Below, one piece after another: positions 27,208-39,686 of a stretch of 64,000 nucleotides of DNA. Origin of the DNA: Rhizophagus irregularis. Taxonomy: Eukaryota. How positions within the stretch are numbered: the stretch's first letter is position 1; each line of letters begins with the position of its first letter. A model generated the notes under the pieces. It was not told where the DNA came from and searched no databases. It saw only the letters and a program-made list of their open reading frames with translations. The stretch is taken from the NCBI RefSeq assembly GCF_026210795.1, contig NC_089435.1:3100001-3164000 (forward strand), in the 5' to 3' direction. The position numbers and the translations under genes are program-made.

Positions 27208-28495
27208 CAGTCGCCTCGGAAAGTATCGCCCAATTTTTCGTTGTGTAATGATACACCCAATTTAAATTATTTATACCCCTATTTTTATTATTTTAAATGT
27301 TTTCCTCATAATTTTATGACCTGATGAACACGTTGCACAGTTAAAAAAATTATGTCACATTATACCGAATTATCTCCTCTGGAGAAAGGAAAAATACTAG
27401 CATATATGGAAAATTTTAACCCTGCACAAATAGCAAGAAAAATGGGGCGTGACCCTACCACAATACGTAGATTTATTGACAAATACAAGAAGACAGGGGT
27501 GACTGAAAATTTACCACGATCAGGATGGCCACCTGCTCTCAATAATAATGAGAAAAATGCACTTATAAATGAAGTTAAGAAGAATAGACGCGAACCTTTA
27601 CATGAAATTATTAATACATTGGGCTTAAGTTGCAGTCTAACAACTGCTAGACAGACACTATATGATGCTGGAATCCATTCCCATGTTGCAGCAAAAAAAC
27701 CTTTTGTATCAAAAAAGCATGCATTAGCTCGTGTTAGTTGGTGTGAGAAATATAAAGAAAAAACAATCCAGGATTGGAACCAAGTTATTTTCTCTGATGA
27801 ATCAAGTGTTGAGATTGGCAAGCAGTCAAGACAGATAAGAGTTTGGAGACATACAGGGGAAAGGTTTAACATTGAATGTTTGACACCTACTTTTAAAAGT
27901 GGTCAAAAATCAGTTATGGTTTGGGGATGTTTCCTGGAGGAATAAAAGGACCATTAATTTTTTGTGATGAAAATAAAGAAGGAGATGAAAAAATCAATTC
28001 AAACACTTACATTAGAATCTTAAATTCACATTTATATCCATTTCAACATACAGTTTGCGAATTAACAGGAAGAGCTGCAATTTTCCAACAGGATAATGCA
28101 CCTATTCATACCGCGAAAATAACCAAAAATTGGTTGAAAAAGAATAAAATTGCAATTATTGATTGGCCAGCAAATTCTCCTGATTTAAACCCAATAGAGA
28201 ACATCTGGAAACAATTAAAAGACAATATCCAGGCCCGTAAGACCTTTCCAAGAACTGTGAGTAAACTTAAAGTTGCACTAAGTGAAGAATGGGAAAATTT
28301 GGATTGTTCCATTTTTGAAGAGGTTGTTGCTTCGATGCCACAAATAATCAATGCAGTGTTAGAAGCAAGAGAAGGGCCAACACATTATTAGTTATTTTAG
28401 AAATTATTTTTTTACGTAAAGTTTAATAAAAATCAATAAAATTTGGCTATTTTTGGTATAAATTTTAAATCGGGCAATACTTTCCGAGGCGACTG
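27208..28495 (+). mobile_element. Tc1 (DD34E) DNA transposon
   Basis: TIRs CAGTCGCCTCGGAAAGTAT(C/T)GCCC; TA TSD at 27206-27207 and 28496-28497. Confidence 0.96.
27352..28391 (+). pseudogene. Tc1 transposase with a single frameshift near 27933
   Basis: HTH N-terminus; FSDES, VMVWGCF, FQQDNAPIH, WPANSPDLNPIENIW; 34 residues between D and E. Confidence 0.93.
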
Positions 28496-29144
28496 TACAT
28501 CTGCTCATGTTAATAAAGTACAAAAAAAAATAAATAATACTGGTTTTTTTGAAAAATTCAAATTAAATACAGTTTTAAATTACACTCTGGTCTGGTACTT
28601 ATAACTTACCTTAAACAAAACACTGGTTCACCAGTTTGAAGCCAGTTTCAGTTTTTGTAACCGGTCTTGGATCACTACAGCTATCTTACACAAGGCATAA
28701 TTTGTGTAAAAAAAAATTTCTCGTGTATTAGTAGACATTGGATTTTTTTTTCCTCTTGTCTCATATACAGCCAGCTAATAACATTTCGTAAAAAAAAGTA
28801 TATAAGTCGTCATTTTGCAAATGGAGATAAATTCGCAAACATATTTCCTGTTGGTATTGAGAAGGACTTGCTTGTTAGCAATTTCAAGGGCCCTATTAAC
28901 TATTAAGGCATCATAATTTGAATAATATTATAAAAAGGAAGAACCTGTCATGTGTAAAATCTTCTGTTTTCTGAAATGCAATGTTACTTTTAATCAACTA
29001 ACCATATATGTTAAATGATGCAAAACATCCAACCAGCAAAATGATCAACATAGTTTATAAGCTGGAGTTTTGCGCACCAAATCCTAGCTTATAAACTATC
29101 CATGGGCATATACAGCCCACGGGTTCTGATTTGTCTAAAAGTAA

Positions 29145-29520
29145 GGATATTATTGTCCATAATGAAGGACATTATTGTCCTCACTTTGTAAGACCATGGT
29201 GGTCCTGGAGGACATTATTGTCCGCGCATTATTGGAGGACCATGATGGTCCTCACCATGGAGGACATTATTGTCCTCACATTACATTATTGGAGGACCAT
29301 GATGGTCCTCACCATGGAGGACATTATTGTCCTCACATTACATTATTGGAGGATCATGATGGTCCTCACCATGGAGGACATTATTGTCCTCACATTACAT
29401 TATTGGAGGACCATGATGGTCCTCATCATGGAAGACATTATTGTCCTTGCATTATTGGAGGACCATGATGGTCCTCACCATGTAGGACATCATTGTCCTC
29501 ACATTATTGGAGGATCATGA
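29145..29520 (+). repeat. 57-bp tandem array of GAGGAC...GTCCTC palindromes (left TIR)
   Basis: Unit GGAGGACCATGATGGTCCTCACCATGGAGGACATTATTGTCCTCACATTACATTATT. Confidence 0.92.
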
Positions 29521-30499
29521 TAGTTCTTATTCTATGAATAATTGAAGGACTAATAAATAGTAAAAAATGATAAATATGTAATTTGTAAATTTAAAAAAAT
29601 TACATATTCAGTTGGCATAAAGTTCTAATCATACAAAATATAATAGAATACCTGTATTTACCACTTATTTTATAATAATAATAAAAAATAAAAAATGCCA
29701 ATAAATTTTATTACACATGATTTTATAAAAAACCAAATTGTAAAATTTTAAATTGCTTCTAAATTAATATTTAAGTAGCTTTCCATATAAATAACAAAAG
29801 ATGATTTATTTGACCAAAATGATGAAATTACATTTTGAAATTAATTTGAAATAGAAAAAAAAAATTAGAAATTAGTATTATTACAAAAAACATATTTTTT
29901 CCTCCAATATTATACCTGCCTTATAAAAACTGAAATTTAAGTAGTTTTAACCTTGCTTAATAACTTTGCTTAAATATAAAATGACCATTTCATTTGACTA
30001 AAATAATGAAATTATACTCTAAATTAGTAAGCAAAAAAATAAATCATAATTTTTTCTATAAATATACTTGTAAAAATTAAGTAATAGCATAATAAAAATA
30101 TATTAATAGTAGAGAATTACTAAACTTAACCTGGGGGAATTTCCCTTTATTTCAATTTTTAATTAAAATATTGACTTGTATAGTAATTTAAGAATAAGAT
30201 TATATGTAAATTTATGAAAAGAAAAGGTTTTATTAAGTTAAAAAGGGTAGTTGTTCAGATGGTTTTTGAGAAAATTACATAATTTTGATTTTATAGTTAA
30301 ATTGTATTTTTCATGATAAAAATTTTTTTTAAAACCAAAAATTGCCAAATTTTTATGCGATTAATATCCACTTATATTTATTTTATATATTTCATAAAAA
30401 AAGTTTATTTTTTTTAAATTTTTAAGGGGGGAGGAATTATCCCCCCGGTTAAGATTAGCAATACTCTTAATAGTAAATATAAATATATATTATGTGACC

Positions 30500-31075
30500 A
30501 TAAAAAAAATAAATAAAAACAAAAAAAAATAACAATAACAAAAAAAAATAACAATAAAAAAAAATAACAATAACAAAAAAAAATAACAATAATAACAAAA
30601 AAAACAACAATAACAAAAAAAAAAACAATAACAAAAAAAAAACAATAACAAAAAAAAAAATAACAATAACAAAAAAAAAAAACAACAATAACAAAAAAAA
30701 AACAACAATAACAAAAAAAAAAAAACAACAATAAAAAAAAAAATAACAATAACAAAAAAAATAATAAAAAAAAAAACAACAATAACAAAAAAAAATAACA
30801 ATAATAAAAAAAAAATAACAATAACAAAAAAAAAAAAATAACAAAAAAAAAACAATAACAAAAAAAAATAAAAATAACAATAACAAAAAAAAAACAACAA
30901 TAACAAAAAAAAAAAAATAACAATAACAAAAAAAATTAACAATAACAAAAAAAAATAACAATAAAAAAAATAACAATAAAAAAAAAATAACAATAACAAA
31001 AAAAAAAAATAACAATAAAAAATAACAATAACAAAAAAAAAAAAATAACAATAACAAAAAAATAAAAAAAAAAGG
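30500..31075 (+). repeat. Low-complexity (TAACAA-TAAC-A(n)) minisatellite
   Basis: Directly visible; explains the spurious F/L/C-rich ORFs. Confidence 0.95.
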
Positions 31076-31593
31076 AAAAGAAAAAAGAAAAATAAAAAAC
31101 CAATCATTACATACAGTAAATGATTTGCATGATCATGACAATTGATCACTTATAAACTTAAAATTTACATTATTTTAAATTAAAATGATCATTTTTTTTC
31201 ACCTCTATCATATTTAAATTTATTTTTCTCTCTTTTCCAACTTTTTTATTTTAAAAACTTTATTATTTTCCTTTATTTTAATTTTATTATTTATTTTATT
31301 TATTTTCTTATTTTTTTATTTTTATTTTTATTTTTATTTTTATTTTTTGTTATTATTTTTTTGTTTTTATTTTTTTTTAGTTTTTTTTTACTAAAAATAA
31401 CCATATAATACATATGGCCTGATTTGTCTACCTTTAATTAAAATATTAATTTTATTACATTTTTATTATACAAAATACTATATAATATACAGTAAATTGG
31501 AAATGAGTATTAAAAATTTTTATTTAATGTTATTATACTATAATTTGGTAAATATTTCTTTTAAATTAATATAATTCTTAGTACTTACTATAT

Positions 31594-31923
31594 ATGTTAA
31601 AAATTTGTATCTCAACTTAAAACGTAAATATCTCCAGATACAGTGATCCAATCGGCAAGCTCTTTTTTCGTTCATATAGACCAGATCAAAGGCTTTCCAA
31701 AGAGCCTAAATTTATAAAAAAATGGATCAGTGGATCCCAAGATATTTGCATTTAAGCATGTTAAAAAGTTCATACCTCAACTTTAAACGTAAATATCTCC
31801 GGATCTAATGATTCAATCGGCGAGCTCTTTTTTCGCCTATAAAGTCCAGAACAAGGGCTTTCCAACGAGCCTAAAATTATAGAAAACGGATAAGTAAATC
31901 TTGATATATTTGCATTTAAAGAT
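31594..31923 (+). repeat. Two tandem copies of a ~165-bp internally palindromic unit
   Basis: ATGTTAAAAA..CTCAACTT..AAATATCTCC..GAGCCTAAA..GATATTTGCATTTAA occurs twice. Confidence 0.8.
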
Positions 31924-32340
31924 GGTAATACAAACTCTGACATAAAATAATTATTTTTATTGTTTGAAAATATCTATTATGATACCATCTTTTATATGAT
32001 ATTTTTATTATACTTTTATAAACATTTATAGCTACTAAGGCTATATAAATTTTTATTTTACTTTATATTTTATTAAAATATACTTACTTTTTAATAATAT
32101 ATGTTAAAAATTCCATATATATGAGAAATGGGTTTTTTATTAGTGAAATGGGTTTTTTTACAGCTCTTTTACATTTAATAATTTAAGTTTCACAAATATA
32201 AATTTTGTTCAACTTATTATTTAGTCAAGTGATCATCAATCAGATGATTTTTTGGTATTACAAAACAATTTTGAGTAACAAAAATTGCGAAAATCAATCA
32301 ATAACTCTTTTTAATGCAGAGTAAACAAATCAGCCCATAT

Positions 32341-34352
32341 AGCCCATATAGATAGCTTTCTTCCCCAAAATTTTAAAAAAACATAACAATTCTGCAGTAA
32401 AATTTTATTTTGCTTAGTTTTTAAAAAAATGGAAGATAAACGAAATATACAAATAGCTGAAAATAAGTTTCCACTTATTGAAGGCACAGAACAACAAATT
32501 TTTTTACGAACCACATATATAAATTATTTAAATTTTAGTGAAGGTCTTGCCGCTCAGTTTTTTACTGGAAGAGATATAGAAGTTCAACATAATATATTAC
32601 AGAATAATTTCAGTTTAACAGACGAAGACATAAATAGTTGGGGACCAAGGGCCTCTCGTTATCAAATGACTCCAGAAAGTTTGCTTTTTTTTTACACACT
32701 GCTATATATTCTGCTGTAGAGGGTTTTGCCACAGCAGAGCATTCAACGGCTGATAAAAGAAATATGTTGGCAACATCAATAGCAGAACATGTGACTTCTA
32801 TGGATTTGAAACAGCAAAAAATAGAAGAGATCCAAAAAGCAAAAAAGCGTTATTTGGAGTGTACTCCTGAAAAGGAAAAATCTAAGACGGGAATAAAGCA
32901 CAGGTTCAAAAAAGATAAGAAAAAAAAGAAAAAAACCCAACACCATGATTCTGATTCAGATTTCACTTACCAATATGGGAGTGATTCTGATGATCTATTA
33001 GATCAAACAATTAATGAACTGATGGAGAAAGCTGCTGATGAGATTATCTCAATTGACCAACCAATTGTAGATCCAATGAAGATGATCAAATCTGGAATTA
33101 ATCTTGATAACAGCCCAAATGTTGATCAATCATCAAAAATGGAAATCGTCACGGATACACCAATTATGAAACAGATTGAAAAAACGCCCATGCTGCAGGC
33201 AATTTCTCAATCACAGAACATCATAATGGATTTGACAAAATCTTCAAATAAAAAGAAAAAGTCAAATAAAAATTTAGTTCAACAAGCTATTACAGGTCAT
33301 ATACCAACTGATGAGGGTACATTGCGAGTCAGAGACATTTTGGTATATGATATTCTGGTATCCTGGACGCCAGAGGAAATTCTAAAACAATTAACTCTAT
33401 GGGGAAAAACTATTAGTATGCAAATGAAATAACAAAGAAAATACCAGACAGTTCGTTTGTCAATAGAATTGAGTACCTTCCATTTAGCCCAATTCGAAGT
33501 TAATGAAATCCTGTGTAAACTACAGATTTAGGGAGGATATCTGTATGGTAGTTTCCAGCTAAGTGGACTCTCAAAGAAAGAAAACAACGCAAGAAGTTCC
33601 AAGCTACGATTAGAAACATTCCAGATTTTATGACGTTAGCAACTTTATGGAAAGATAGCTGCCCACATTCATTCCTTTCTGCCGTAAAAGGTTTGAAAAG
33701 TTTTAAAATTATACAAACAGTTAAGGGATTGTAAGTTTATTGTTTATTTTGAAAAGTGGGTTGATATGCGCACAACATTAGATAATCAATATACTTGGGA
33801 ACAAGTGAACCTGTCTTGAAATCAACACGTACCTCCAAAGCAACCAACAAGGTCACAAGGTAATAATACTAACAAGAACCAAAGAACTTCAGGAAGTCAA
33901 CAGACCCAGAAAAAACAGCAGAATTCTTCAAAGAATTCTAAAAAGAAACCACAAGAGACGAAGTCTGATAAAAAATCCAAGAAGGATAAAAAAGACAAAT
34001 TTCGTAAAGTATCGAGATCAAAGGTCTTACGGAAATTATAGATGTTTTGCGTAAATTAATTTAGTTTAGATTAATTTAGGTTTCACAAATTTATTATTAT
34101 ATTTTACTTGGTGCGATAAATAAAAAACTAATTTTATTCTAGTCAGGTTTATAGGGCGGAGGATATAGGTCATTTTCCCAAATTGAGGATTATGACACTA
34201 TAGTGTAGGTATTAGATAGAACTTATATAGAAACTAGTTGAATAGTTTTCGTTTTAGTTCACCATATTGCCTGCCTTCCTATGTATAAGTCATTAGACTT
34301 CCCATATGTATTGATCTTTACATTTATCACTAATAAAAAAACAAAAAACAAA
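32341..34352 (+). mobile_element. Non-LTR retroelement carrying only a degenerate ORF1-like gene (32429-34064), HAL1-like
   Basis: A-rich tail; flanking direct repeat AAACAAATCAG at 32323-32333 and 34353-34363; RRM-like segment (VRDILVYDI..WTPEEILKQLTLWG); Lys-rich C-terminus; no RT. Confidence 0.6.
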
Positions 34353-34984
34353 AAACAAATCAGTTCATGTATATTTACTATAAGATTTTTTGTTTGTTTT
34401 TAATATTTTTTATGTTTTTCATTACTTTTATTAATACTTAGTCCTAATTTTTTTTGTTTAAATCAACTTCAGAGTATAATTTTACCATTTTATCAAATTG
34501 TATAAAAACTACATTTAGAAGATGTTTAAAAATTTTATTATTTTGTTTTTTATAAAATCATATGTAATAATTGGTATTTTTATGTCCTAATTTTTTTTGT
34601 TTAAATCAATTTCAGAGTATAATTTTACCATTTTATCAAATTGTATAAAAACTACATTTAGAAGATGTTTAAAAATTTTATTATTTAGTTTTTTATAAAA
34701 TCATACTATGTAATAATTGGTATTTTTATTTTTTTATCATTATAAAGTAGCATATAATATAAAATAAAAAATTTTTTAATCATTATTATACATCAATAAG
34801 AAAATTAATTTAAATGGATTTTTTTAAAATTAATGGTACTAATAATTACTAGTGATAAATTCAGGTATTTTATTATATTTTGTATGATTATAACTTTATG
34901 CCAATATGTAATTTTTTTAAATTTAAATGTTTATTATTTTTTATTATTAAATAATTTTTTAATATGAAAACAAATGTTCTTTAT

Positions 34985-35330
34985 AGAACCATCATAGTCC
35001 TTTAATAATGTGAGAACAATCAATAATGTAATGTGAGGACAATAATGTCCTATCATGGTCCCCCAATAATGTAATGTGAGGACAATAATAGTGTCCTCTA
35101 TAGTGAGGACCATCATGGTCCTCCAATAATGCGTGGACAATAATGTCCTCCATGGTGAGGACCATCATGGTCCTCCAATAATGTGCGGACAATAATGTTC
35201 TCCTACATAGTAAGGACAATAATGTCCTTCATAATGAGGACTAACATGGTCTATTGTCCTCAATATGAGAATGATAATGTCCTTGATGGTGAGGTCCAGT
35301 ATAGTCCATTATTATGGACAATAATATCCT
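34985..35330 (-). repeat. 57-bp palindromic tandem array (right TIR)
   Basis: Reverse complement of 29145-29520. Confidence 0.9.
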
Positions 35331-35576
35331 TACTTTTAGACCAATCAGAGCCTGTGGGCTGTATATGCCCATGGGTAGTTTCAAAACTCCAGCTTATAAA
35401 CTATGTTGATTATTTGGCTGGGGTGAAAATATCAATTGATAATCAAAATCTTATGTCTGGAATTTTGGCAGTGTCCTCGATGTGTATGTCGCACATTTCA
35501 TGGGTTATGTACAAATTAAACTTTCTGCTAACATTCTTTTTTTTTCATGTAAGCTTTTTACCTGTTATCCTTTATC

Positions 35577-37580
35577 ATGCTATTAACTCAAAAATCTTTT
35601 GAAGAAATTTATGATTTTAATGCGTACAATGTTGTTTCATATTTACAAAAAGAACACTGTATAAGTGGAGAAGATTCTCAAATTTTCTACCGGAAAAACA
35701 TCGATGGCCATACGCTTCTTCACTTGAAATATGAAGAACTTAGGAATTCGTTCAAACTTATGCATGAACAAGCTAAAAAAATAGAAGAGTTGATTGAGAA
35801 GATTAATGAAGAGAGAAATTGGGAAAAAATTTGTCGAGTGAAATCACCAATAGATATTAAGGACAGATTAGAACACTGTGGCATCCACATTGATTCCAAC
35901 CAAGCTGCCAAATTGGAGGAGGCCAATATTACCGGAGAAGAATTAATGTTCGAGGAACCTGAACATTTTTCAAAGTTAGGACTCGGCAATGTCTTGACAC
36001 AAATTAAATTTATTAAAAAAAGAATAGGTGAAAATCAAGTCCGAAAAATTTTCTTATTATTAAAAAAGTTTGATGAAATACTCATCTAAGTCTCTAGCAG
36101 GAAAATTGATGCTACAACGTGCGTTCTGCAATAGTCTTGTTCGTGAAAACGATGAGATTACATTCTGGAAATCAACAAATGAGAAAGAATCTCTTGCCAA
36201 ATTATGTGCGCGCAATGGAATAGCATATATAAAATATAATAAAAAAATATTTCTTAGTTTCAATAAGTTTATGAAGGCATATCTTAAGGTATTTGCTAAT
36301 TTTAATAAATGGGGTGTTCAATGACTTCAATTGTACTAATTGCATGCTCGCCACAGATAAATCATTCTTCATTTCAAAAACAACGTTTCAAATTTTTTAT
36401 CGGAGATAGATCTTACGAAATGCTGAAGCAAGAACTAAACCTGAATGAATATTTGCCTGAAAAAATGAACGAATTAAATGTAACAGGTTCGGAAACTTTA
36501 TCACGTTTAAATATTAAAATGAGAATTATCTATCTATTATTAACCCACTATATGGTACATCTAGAAAAATCTGGATCATCGCATGAAAGTGTGTCTACAA
36601 CGTCAGAGAATATGGAAGAAAAAGAATATATTACGAATCAAGCTGTTCTGCTTGGTTTTATTCGAGATAAATTCGTTCAATGGCTTTCATTTATTTCGGA
36701 TGATATATTAGAAACCCAGACGCTCGAATATTGGCTTCTTTCCTATGTTTCCGAAATGGAGACCAATATCTGGAATGAAAACATCTCACCAAGTGCTTGG
36801 TTATCATCTTGTTTTGCAATCACCCCAGAAACAGCTGATACCATTGTCAATAGTGTTTCAGAAGGTTTTTTGCAAAATCAAACACCCCAATACTGGATTA
36901 ATGAATGGATTTCACAACAAACTAACCCTCTTTCATGCGAATTTAATTCTTTCATTGAAAGTGCACCTGAAAATACCTTGGTTTCATATGGAGGATTACC
37001 AAATCTTTTTGTTGTAAATAAAATACCAGCAAATGGTGATGATGAGGAGCTTAATTTACTTTTGTCTGAGAAATCATACCAGTCCTCTGATAATCATACC
37101 TATTACTTTCACACCACTGACCGGAGGTCTTCTGAATCTATTATCAAAGATGGCATTGATGTGAGCAAGTGTCATGGAAATCAGGACTTTGGTAGATCTG
37201 CATCATTTCACCTTAATGACGAATTTAGATGGGCAGCCGAGTGGGGGCGAAAACGTTTTCTGAACCCAAATTCATGTGTAATATTGGTGTATGACATTCC
37301 TGCTGAATTACTGCTAAAACACGATCACCTTGATCTAAGTCAAGATCTTGAGAAATGGAAGCGTGTGGTGCGAAACTCTCGTGACGGGAAATTTAACGAA
37401 GCTGATGATCACTTCTCAGTATATGGTCCCCAAGCAGAAAATGTTAACATTTTGATAAAGAATAAACGAGCAACACCTCGACCATCTTCTAGCAAAAATC
37501 AGTTGGCACTTAAAGGTAGAAAATTGACAAAGCATGTTGATAAACAACTTATAGGAGCTATCATTTATAGGACAAAATAA
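35577..37580 (+). CDS. Spliced gene: two SAM-like domains, unknown middle region, C-terminal DUF3990-like (ADP-ribosyltransferase-fold) domain
   Basis: NIDGHTLLHL and NITGEELM..FSKLGL SAM-like motifs; predicted introns about 36028-36097/36100, 36289-36356 and probably 36487-36564 keep frame; YFHTT..GID..DFGRSASFHL..W..VV..R..VYGPQA..NQLAL. Confidence 0.75.
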
Positions 37581-39619
37581 CATTAGGGTTAACTCAAGAG
37601 TTTATGTAATATATAAAATTCAATGATACAAAGAGTACACCCGTAGTATCCTCGTAAATAGTTATGAAGAAAGACAAGGAGAATATATGAAGTTGCAAAA
37701 AAAATATTTGTCATTTTGCACATTGCACTGTAATGGCGGTATATTCGCAATTTTTTATGTATTAGTTGTTGCTTTTGGCAACGATTTATTTTATTGAATA
37801 AATTATATAGTCGTGTAATATACACAATAATTATACTGCTATTTTTGTTACATATGAATACATGCATTAATCGGATGGATTTTGTTATCAATAACAAACA
37901 TACTATCACTAACAGTGTCTATTATTTCATGCATGCAAATGCACGGCTCCATCAAGCAACGCCCGAAGTAAGATACTCGATATCTCTGTCCATGTTTGTA
38001 TTGCAATTCTGACGCTAGATAACTTTTTTCACAATAATATTTTGTACATTCCACAGCAACTGCAGGGTTTATTTCTCAAGCTTTAGCCTGAGATCCGGTA
38101 TTTTCTGGATTCGATTTTTCTACACTTCGTCACTTCGTAGTATGTGAGTGAATTTATTAAGTATTATAGAGATGGTGGCAGTGGTTACCCAAATTATGAT
38201 AAGTATTTTTATTGACAATGTAGAAGATTAAACAACTGATCCTGCCAGAAATTAACTGATCTTGAACAACCGTCACTGAAATTTTATCATGTGATTATAT
38301 TCGAAAAGAAATCAAATTATACTCGGATTGGTTATTGGTGAAAAATCTATACAACCGAAGTGCATACTGTGACCATTTTTAAGAAGCATAATATAAAGCA
38401 AGATGGATTGAGAGCAATAAAGAATATCTTGAATGAAAAGTTTGGCATCAAGATTTACTTTGTCTTACTAGTAAGAGAAATAGAAAAATTTAAGTTTTGG
38501 ATTCCCAAGGTAAGAGTAATTAAATATTATTATCAACTATGACAAAATCTGGTTCTCCAACGACAGAAGCTGACATGTTCTCAGATTTCACAAATAACAA
38601 AGCGTTACGAAAATAACCACACCAAAAGTATTTGTAGAAGCGTTGGTATAATGACTACACGTGATTCCTAACACGTGCCTTTATAAGCTATCTTTGCATG
38701 ATGATCTCCTGTAGTTGCTCTTCTTTTTATGATTAGTAATTTTTTTAATTTATTTTTTTTAATAACCATAATAGTAATTTTTTAATTTTTTTTTTTTTAC
38801 AATCAGAATTGTTTTCATTTAGTAATTTTTTTTATTAAACAATTTATCTTTTTTTAACGATAGATCATTTGGTAAATTTTTTTAATTTTTTTAATTTTTA
38901 TTATTATTTTTTTTTAATAGATCGTTTAGTAACTTTTTTTTTATTTTCTTAATAGATCGTTTAGTTAATTTTTTTATTTTTTTTAACAACAGAATCATTT
39001 AGTAATTTTCATTTATTTATTTTAATAATAGATCGTTTTTATTTATTTTTTTTTTCTAGAATCAAATTTTTTTTCCAACAATAGATCGGACTTTGCCCTT
39101 TGGTAACTGACATTTACTAATATTAATTAATAGTTAATTCCCTATTGTTATGCCAGTTCTTGTATGCTTATAAAAATAAGCGTATGGGTGTATGTTAAGC
39201 AGAAGGATTATGAATAAAATAAATATTAAATAATGTTAATGAACGCAAAGTGAAATAAACTATATGAAATTATTAGTAAATGTATCACTGTCGATCGATT
39301 TACGAAGGTTACACAATAAAATAAAATGAAATTTCAGTCAAATGCGAATACGGTATTGCACACACGGGCATATACACTCAGACGCAAATACTGACTCACA
39401 AATATAACAAACTATAAAATAAACAATGAGATAATTTATTTAATAAATGCTTTATTAAAATATAACAGAATTATCTATTATTACATTGATTTAGAACGCA
39501 TGTATTTATAACAATAAATTCTATGCTAATCATGTTAAGAATATTAAATAAATGCTATATATTTAACAAATGTAATATGTTAAATATGTGTTATATATTT
39601 AATATGTTGCATATGTTTA

Positions 39620-39686
39620 ACATGTTAAACATATTAAACATTCGTAACATTTGCAACATTCGTAACATTCGTAACATTCGTAACAT
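39620..39686 (+). repeat. 9-bp tandem repeat (AACATTCGT)n with degenerate copies upstream
   Basis: Directly visible. Confidence 0.8.

Larger units (their letters stand above)
29033..35421. mobile_element. 6.4-kb non-autonomous element with about 0.9-1 kb imperfect terminal inverted repeats
   Basis: 29033-~29900 is the reverse complement of ~34420-35421 (CCAGC..ATCAACATAGTTTATAAGCTGGAG.., the 57-bp arrays and AT-rich blocks); no TSD found. Confidence 0.8.

Noticed and set aside
25575..28680. Possible host element around the Tc1 insertion (ACCGG-rich ends)
   Set aside because: Probably a TE, but I could not define matching TIRs or a TSD.
29145..29520. Palindromic repeat array resembling CRISPR, and its His-rich ORFs
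   Set aside because: No unique spacers, no cas genes, eukaryotic context; mirrored at 34985-35330 as part of TIRs; the ORFs are open only because the unit is 57 bp.
30121..30460. GGGGAATT..CCCC(C/A)GGTTAAG inverted motifs resembling Kolobok-type ends
   Set aside because: They face outward and no partner ends were found, so no element could be delimited.
30414..31149. Long F/L/C-rich minus-strand ORFs
   Set aside because: Translations of a low-complexity repeat.
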